The notes under the pieces are model-generated. The model did no database searches. It was not told the origin of the DNA and saw nothing but the letters and a program-made list of their open reading frames with translations. Below, piece after piece: positions 59,472 through 64,000 of a stretch of 64,000 nt of DNA. Numbering within the stretch: position 1 is the first letter of the stretch; each line of letters starts with the position of its first letter. Source of the DNA: Candidatus Borkfalkia excrementigallinarum (GTDB lineage: Bacteria; Bacillota; Clostridia; Christensenellales; Borkfalkiaceae); assembly GCA_019115885.1 (NCBI GenBank), contig DXCQ01000020.1, forward strand, positions 5,475 to 69,474, read 5' to 3'. A program made the position numbers and the translations under genes.

Positions 59472-59497
59472 AGCCCCGCGCCGTTCGGCGCGGGGCT
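59472..59497. terminator. Hairpin terminator between convergent genes
   Basis: AGCCCCGCGCCG / CGGCGCGGGGCT preceded by an A7 run. Confidence 0.75.
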
Positions 59498-59537
59498 TCG
59501 TGCATTATTCGACAATTTGTACCGGAACGGTACGGCT

Positions 59538-60485
59538 TTACATGGAGCCGAGGATATCGACGTAAGAATCGAGGTCGGTCGGCAGCGTTACCGTTCCGCT
59601 GAACGTATCGACGGAAACAGCCCCCGTGAGATCCGTTTGGACCTTTTCGCTCGAATCGGCCGAAACGGGTGCATCAAAGATGACGCCCAGGTTCACGGTC
59701 GCCTTTTTGAACGCGCCGTTCTCGTCCAACTGCAAATAGATCTGCAGCACGCTCTTTTCGACCGTAACGGCAGAAATTTCCGCTTGTCCGCTGATCTGCA
59801 AAATGAGGCTTTCCATCGCTTCGTCGTTCAGGCTGAGGCGCAGTTTCGTCCCGACGGAGAAGTCCGCTTCCAAAACAAAGGGGAGCTGCTCGAACATGGT
59901 TTTAAGCTGTTCGCCTGTAAGTCCCTGCGCGGGCGCAGTCGTATCGCTCGTCGCAAAGGGAAGGCCTCCCATAATCATCGAAAGCAGCTGCATATAATCG
60001 ATCTTCATCTTGGCGGGCATATCCGATTCGCTGTCGCTTTCGCCGCTGTTTATGTAAAAGTATTGGGCGTCGTTGTAAATTTCTCCCTGCATACTGTCGG
60101 GCAACGATGTATCGGTGTTGCTTTCAGATGCAGACATTGCAAAATCAAAGCTCCCCGCGCCTTTCACGTCGGGGCCGTTTTCGCCCGCCGCGAGGCTTAG
60201 GTCATACTCCGCGCTTGCGTCGATGGAATTTTTTTCATCGCCGATCGTCTGCGAATAGCCGAATTGCCCGTTCAGGCTGATGCCGAATTTCCAGTCTTCT
60301 TTTGACATATCCCCGAAAATAGCGTTTACATCCAGCGCTTTGGCCACTTTGTCCCAATCTTCCGCGCTCGTCACTTCGCTGTAATTCCCGCGGATGGTGG
60401 CGGAAGGCGTGTTGTCGCAGCCTGCGAACATCGTCAAACCGAATGCCAACATCAGTGCGAGTACAGCACAAATCAGTTTCTTCAC
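59538..60485 (-). CDS. Hypothetical lipoprotein
   Basis: GTG start with SD AGGAG; signal KKLICAVLALMLAFGLTMFAGC (lipobox); acidic beta-rich body. Confidence 0.8.
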   Translation of the reverse strand: MKKLICAVLALMLAFGLTMFAGCDNTPSATIRGNYSEVTSAEDWDKVAKALDVNAIFGDMSKEDWKFGISLNGQFGYSQTIGDEKNSIDASAEYDLSLAAGENGPDVKGAGSFDFAMSASESNTDTSLPDSMQGEIYNDAQYFYINSGESDSESDMPAKMKIDYMQLLSMIMGGLPFATSDTTAPAQGLTGEQLKTMFEQLPFVLEADFSVGTKLRLSLNDEAMESLILQISGQAEISAVTVEKSVLQIYLQLDENGAFKKATVNLGVIFDAPVSADSSEKVQTDLTGAVSVDTFSGTVTLPTDLDSYVDILGSM

Positions 60486-60674
60486 TTTTTCTCTCCTTTT
60501 GCGGAAAATATCCCGCGTGTATTTGTTCATATTATAATCAAAAAAATGTCATTTGTCAATACAAATTGAAGATAAGCCGCATTTTCTCTGCTGTTTCGCT
60601 GTATTCGGCCATCGGCAAAAATCCTGCAAAGAGGCACAAAAAACCCCTCCCTTGGGAAAGGGAGGGGAAACGTA

Positions 60675-61436
60675 TTATTTGATCTCGGCAAGCACGTCGG
60701 TCATATCGTAGCGGCCGGCGGGTTTTCCGTACATGAATTTTGCCGCTTTCACGGCGCCCGCTGCGAAAACGTGCTTGCTCCGCGCGCTGTGCGCGATGGT
60801 CACGATCTCGTCTTCGCCCGCGAACATAACTTCATGTTCCCCGACGATGGTTCCGCCGCGCACCGCGTGGATGCCGACTTCCGATTTTTTGCGCGCGCCG
60901 ACCATTCCTTCGCGCCCGTAAACATATTCTTTGGTTCCGCCGAACGCCTCGTTCACGCTCTCGGCGAGCATGAATGCCGTGCCGGAGGGCGCGTCTTTTT
61001 TGAGATTGTGATGTCGCTCGATGATCTCCACGTCAAATTGTTCTCCGAGCGTTTCCGCCGCCTCTTTCACGAGCTTTTGCAGGAGATTGATCCCGACGGA
61101 GAGGTTTGCCGTCTTAAAGAGGGGGATCTCCTTTGCCGCCTCTTCGATGTGCGCAAGCTGCTCTTCGGTGTAACCCGTCGCCGCGAGGATGACCGCCGCG
61201 CCCGTCTTTTTCGCATAGGCAAGCACGTTTTCGAGGTTGGCCGCGCTGGAAAAATCGATCACCGCGTCCGCCGGTTCTTTCACCGAGGCGAAAGAATCGT
61301 ACACGGGCACGCCGCACAGCTCGCCGCTTTTCAGATCCACGCCGCAAACGCACTCCGTATCTTTATCCTCGCGCACGAGTTCCAAAACATTTCTGCCCAT
61401 GTGCCCGCAGATCCCGCTTATTAAAATTTTTATCAT
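60675..61436 (-). CDS. dapB: 4-hydroxy-tetrahydrodipicolinate reductase
   Basis: G.CGHMG, IDFS, ATG, N.SVG, IERHH..KKDAPSGTA, RGG. Confidence 0.96.
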   Translation of the reverse strand: MIKILISGICGHMGRNVLELVREDKDTECVCGVDLKSGELCGVPVYDSFASVKEPADAVIDFSSAANLENVLAYAKKTGAAVILAATGYTEEQLAHIEEAAKEIPLFKTANLSVGINLLQKLVKEAAETLGEQFDVEIIERHHNLKKDAPSGTAFMLAESVNEAFGGTKEYVYGREGMVGARKKSEVGIHAVRGGTIVGEHEVMFAGEDEIVTIAHSARSKHVFAAGAVKAAKFMYGKPAGRYDMTDVLAEIK

Positions 61437-61547
61437 ATTGCTCCTTTCGCCGCGTATTGCGGCGGACATACTGTCGGTTATGCGCCGTTTTTGGCGCATA
61501 TTTTTGTAAAGAGCCGAGCGAAAGCGCCCGACTCTCTGTCGTTTCTT

Positions 61548-62441
61548 TTATGCTTTGATTTTCAGCCCGAACGCGGTGAGTACCTGCTTTAATTGCTCTT
61601 TATGCACGGGCTCCAATTCTGTCAGCGGCGGGCGGGGGATGCCGCCGTCCAAGCCGATCATATCCGCCGCGGCCTTGGCGGGGATGGGGTTTACTTCCAT
61701 GAACATCGCGTCGATGAGCGGCAGCATTTTGTCCTGAATTTCATTTGCGGCGGCAAGGTTTCCTTCCTTCACAAAATCGTACAGCGCTTTTGTCTCTTTC
61801 GGGATGATATTGGACGCAACGGAAATGAGTCCCGCGCCGCCGATGGCGAGGATGGGCAGGTTCAGGTTGTCGTCACCCGAATACAGGTCGCACTTTCCGC
61901 GGATGCGCCGCGCCGTTTCGCAAATTTGCTCCATGTTGCCGCAGGCCTCTTTGATGCCCGCTATATTGGGGAGAGAGGCGATGCGTTCCATGGTCGCGGG
62001 CAGGATATTCACGCCCGTGCGCGGGGGGACGTTGTAGCAGATGATGGGGATATGCACGGCGTCTGAAACGGCTTTGTAATATTCGTAAATGCCGTTCTGC
62101 GTGCATTTATTGTAATAGGGGGTAACGACGAGCAGTCCGTCCGCGCCGAACGATTCCGCCTTTTTGCTCGCTTCCACGGCGTGCGCGGTGCTGTTGGAAC
62201 CGCTGCCGAACACGATCTTTGCACGCCCGGCGATCTTTTCGACGGAAAAGCGCATCACCGCTTCCTTTTCCTCCTCGGTCATCGTGGCGGGTTCGCCCGT
62301 CGTACCCAAAATGACGAGCGCGTCCGTGCCGTTTTCGATCTGGTATTCGATCATGCGCCCGAAAGCGTCGAAATTCACCTTTCCGTCCTTGCCGAACGGC
62401 GTGATCATCGCCGTCGCCGTACCGTTGAAGAAGTTCAGCAT
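61548..62441 (-). CDS. dapA: 4-hydroxy-tetrahydrodipicolinate synthase
   Basis: TPF, GTTGE, TPYYNK, YNVPPRTG, GIKEA, NPIP.K. Confidence 0.97.
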   Translation of the reverse strand: MLNFFNGTATAMITPFGKDGKVNFDAFGRMIEYQIENGTDALVILGTTGEPATMTEEEKEAVMRFSVEKIAGRAKIVFGSGSNSTAHAVEASKKAESFGADGLLVVTPYYNKCTQNGIYEYYKAVSDAVHIPIICYNVPPRTGVNILPATMERIASLPNIAGIKEACGNMEQICETARRIRGKCDLYSGDDNLNLPILAIGGAGLISVASNIIPKETKALYDFVKEGNLAAANEIQDKMLPLIDAMFMEVNPIPAKAAADMIGLDGGIPRPPLTELEPVHKEQLKQVLTAFGLKIKA

Positions 62442-62473
62442 TTCAAATCTCCCTTAAAAAAACGATGTAGTGT

Positions 62474-63553
62474 TCAGCCGAAGTATCCCTTTGCCGCGAG
62501 CAGTTCGGCCATGAGTACCGCGCCGCCCGCCGCGCCGCGCAGGGTATTGTGCGAGAGGCAAACGAACTTGTAATCGAATACGATATCCTCGCGCAGGCGT
62601 CCCACTGAAACGGCCATGCCGTTTTCCAGCATGCGGTCGAGTTTTGCCTGCGGGCGGTTATCCTCTTCGAAGTAATGTAAAAACTGTTTGGGCGCAGAGG
62701 GCAGGCCGAGTTTTTGCGGCTCGCCCGAAAATTCCGCCCACGCCTGCAAAATTTCTTCTTTCGAGGGCTTTTTGTCGAAGGAAACGAACACCGCCGCCGT
62801 ATGCCCGTCGGATACGGGTACGCGCAGGCATTGCGCCGTGATCTTCGGCTCGTTCGCCGTAACGATCTCGCCGCCCTCGATATTTCCCCAAATTTTGAGC
62901 GGTTCGCGTTCAGATTTTTCCTCCTCGCCGCCGATAAAGGGGATGATGTTGTCCAAAATTTCGGGCATGCGGTCGAATGTCTTGCCCGCGCCGCTGATGG
63001 CCTGATAGGTGGAAACCGCCACTTTGGAAATGCCGTACTTGCGCAGCGGGTGCAGGGCGGGCACATAGCTTTGCAGCGAGCAGTTGCTCTTTACCGCGAT
63101 GAAACCGCGTTTGGTGCCCAACCGCTTGCGCTGCGCGGCGATGATCTCCGCGTGCTGCGGGTTGATTTCGGGGATGATCATGGGCACGTCGGGCGTAAAG
63201 CGGTGCGCCGAATTGTTGGAAATGACGGGCACCTCCGCCTTGGCGTACTTCTCTTCGAGGGCCTTGATCTCTTCCTTTTTCATATTGACGGCGCAGAACA
63301 CGAAATCGACCGTGCCGGCGATCGTATCGATGTCCTTTTCCGCGTCCAGAACGACCATATCCGCAAATTTTTCGGGAATGGGGGAAGTCATCGCCCAGCG
63401 TCCCGCCACGGCGTCGCGATAGGTTTTTCCCGCCGAAGAAGGGGAGGCTGCGAGCGCCTTAACGCGGAACCAAGGATGGTTTTCGAGCAGGAGGCAGAAC
63501 CGCTGCCCGACCATGCCCGTAGCGCCGATGACGGCGACGTTGTACTCTTTCAT
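62474..63553 (-). CDS. asd: Aspartate-semialdehyde dehydrogenase
   Basis: GATGMVGQ, SNNSA.R, SNCS, YQAISGAG, EEEK, RVPV.DGH, HNTLRGAAG. Confidence 0.97.
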   Translation of the reverse strand: MKEYNVAVIGATGMVGQRFCLLLENHPWFRVKALAASPSSAGKTYRDAVAGRWAMTSPIPEKFADMVVLDAEKDIDTIAGTVDFVFCAVNMKKEEIKALEEKYAKAEVPVISNNSAHRFTPDVPMIIPEINPQHAEIIAAQRKRLGTKRGFIAVKSNCSLQSYVPALHPLRKYGISKVAVSTYQAISGAGKTFDRMPEILDNIIPFIGGEEEKSEREPLKIWGNIEGGEIVTANEPKITAQCLRVPVSDGHTAAVFVSFDKKPSKEEILQAWAEFSGEPQKLGLPSAPKQFLHYFEEDNRPQAKLDRMLENGMAVSVGRLREDIVFDYKFVCLSHNTLRGAAGGAVLMAELLAAKGYFG

Positions 63554-63698
63554 ATCAGATTCTCCTATATATGTTAAAAAATTTATCCTAATGATAACAA
63601 AAATACGGCGCCGAACGGGCACCGTAACCGAGAAAGCCGAAATCGCCGCACAAGCGGTTTGGTTCCGCCGCATTGCGGCGGGCGGATCGTTTCGGCTG

Positions 63699-63864
63699 CA
63701 ATAGTTCTCCACGTTGCGGTGACAGTCGCGCGGGTATTCTCCCTCGCGCCCGGCGGCAGCGCTGCGGCGGTGCGCTGTGCCTCGGCGGGGATGCCCTTTT
63801 TTTCCGCCGGAGATGCCGCTCCCCGATGCGGCGGAAATACTCTTGCTCGCCCGCTCCTCTATTC
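63699..63864 (-). ncRNA. Lysine riboswitch upstream of asd-dapA-dapB
   Basis: Minus strand: AGAGGAGC...GAGTA...AAAGG...CGCCGA...GGG...AATA...GACTGTC...GTGGAG..CTAT; GC hairpins downstream. Confidence 0.9.
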
Positions 63865-64000
63865 AGCATATGAATTTTATCACAGAAAAGCACAAATGTC
63901 AAAGAATTTTTTTATTCGGACGGGATATTTTAATTGAAATATTTTCCTCTTTGTAGTAAAATAGAGTATAGCTATCCAAAGCGGCTCGCATGCCGTATGC

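Noticed and set aside
1-64000. CRISPR array, rRNA, intact IS transposase
   Set aside because: No regularly spaced repeats, rRNA motifs or transposase ORFs were seen

Overview
Chromosomal window from a GC-rich Clostridia-type Firmicute; the taxonomy is inferred from gene order, a sporulation PRC-barrel gene, and the Firmicute-type lysine riboswitch, BirA operator and 6S RNA. It is mostly housekeeping: metA, tmRNA, rhaA, murG, asnA, a MarR + heterodimeric ABC exporter, pdxK, glpK, thyA-folA, fucO, aspS, birA-bioY, tyrA, the aro cluster, dgt-dnaG-rpoD-trmK-nif3, asd-dapA-dapB under a lysine riboswitch, three tRNAs and a probable 6S RNA. Accessory or scarred segments: (i) an AT-rich remnant after tmRNA (KilA-N gene, HNH pseudogene, headless glycosidase) followed by further gene fragments to about 8.2 kb; (ii) a self-contained AT-rich 997-aa metallophosphoesterase gene with a novel-looking triple repeat, next to a duplicated tRNA-Ser 3' end; (iii) a large-serine-recombinase fragment that has split a two-component system; (iv) a 268-bp inverted-repeat-bounded element in the aro cluster. 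The most striking observation is an intact, full-length Rho homologue in which most known ATPase and RNA-translocation residues appear substituted (a pseudo-Rho). Both tRNA-Ser genes are also followed by imperfect antisense copies of their own 3' halves. No CRISPR array or rRNA was seen. All family calls and alignments were made by eye; no database search was run.
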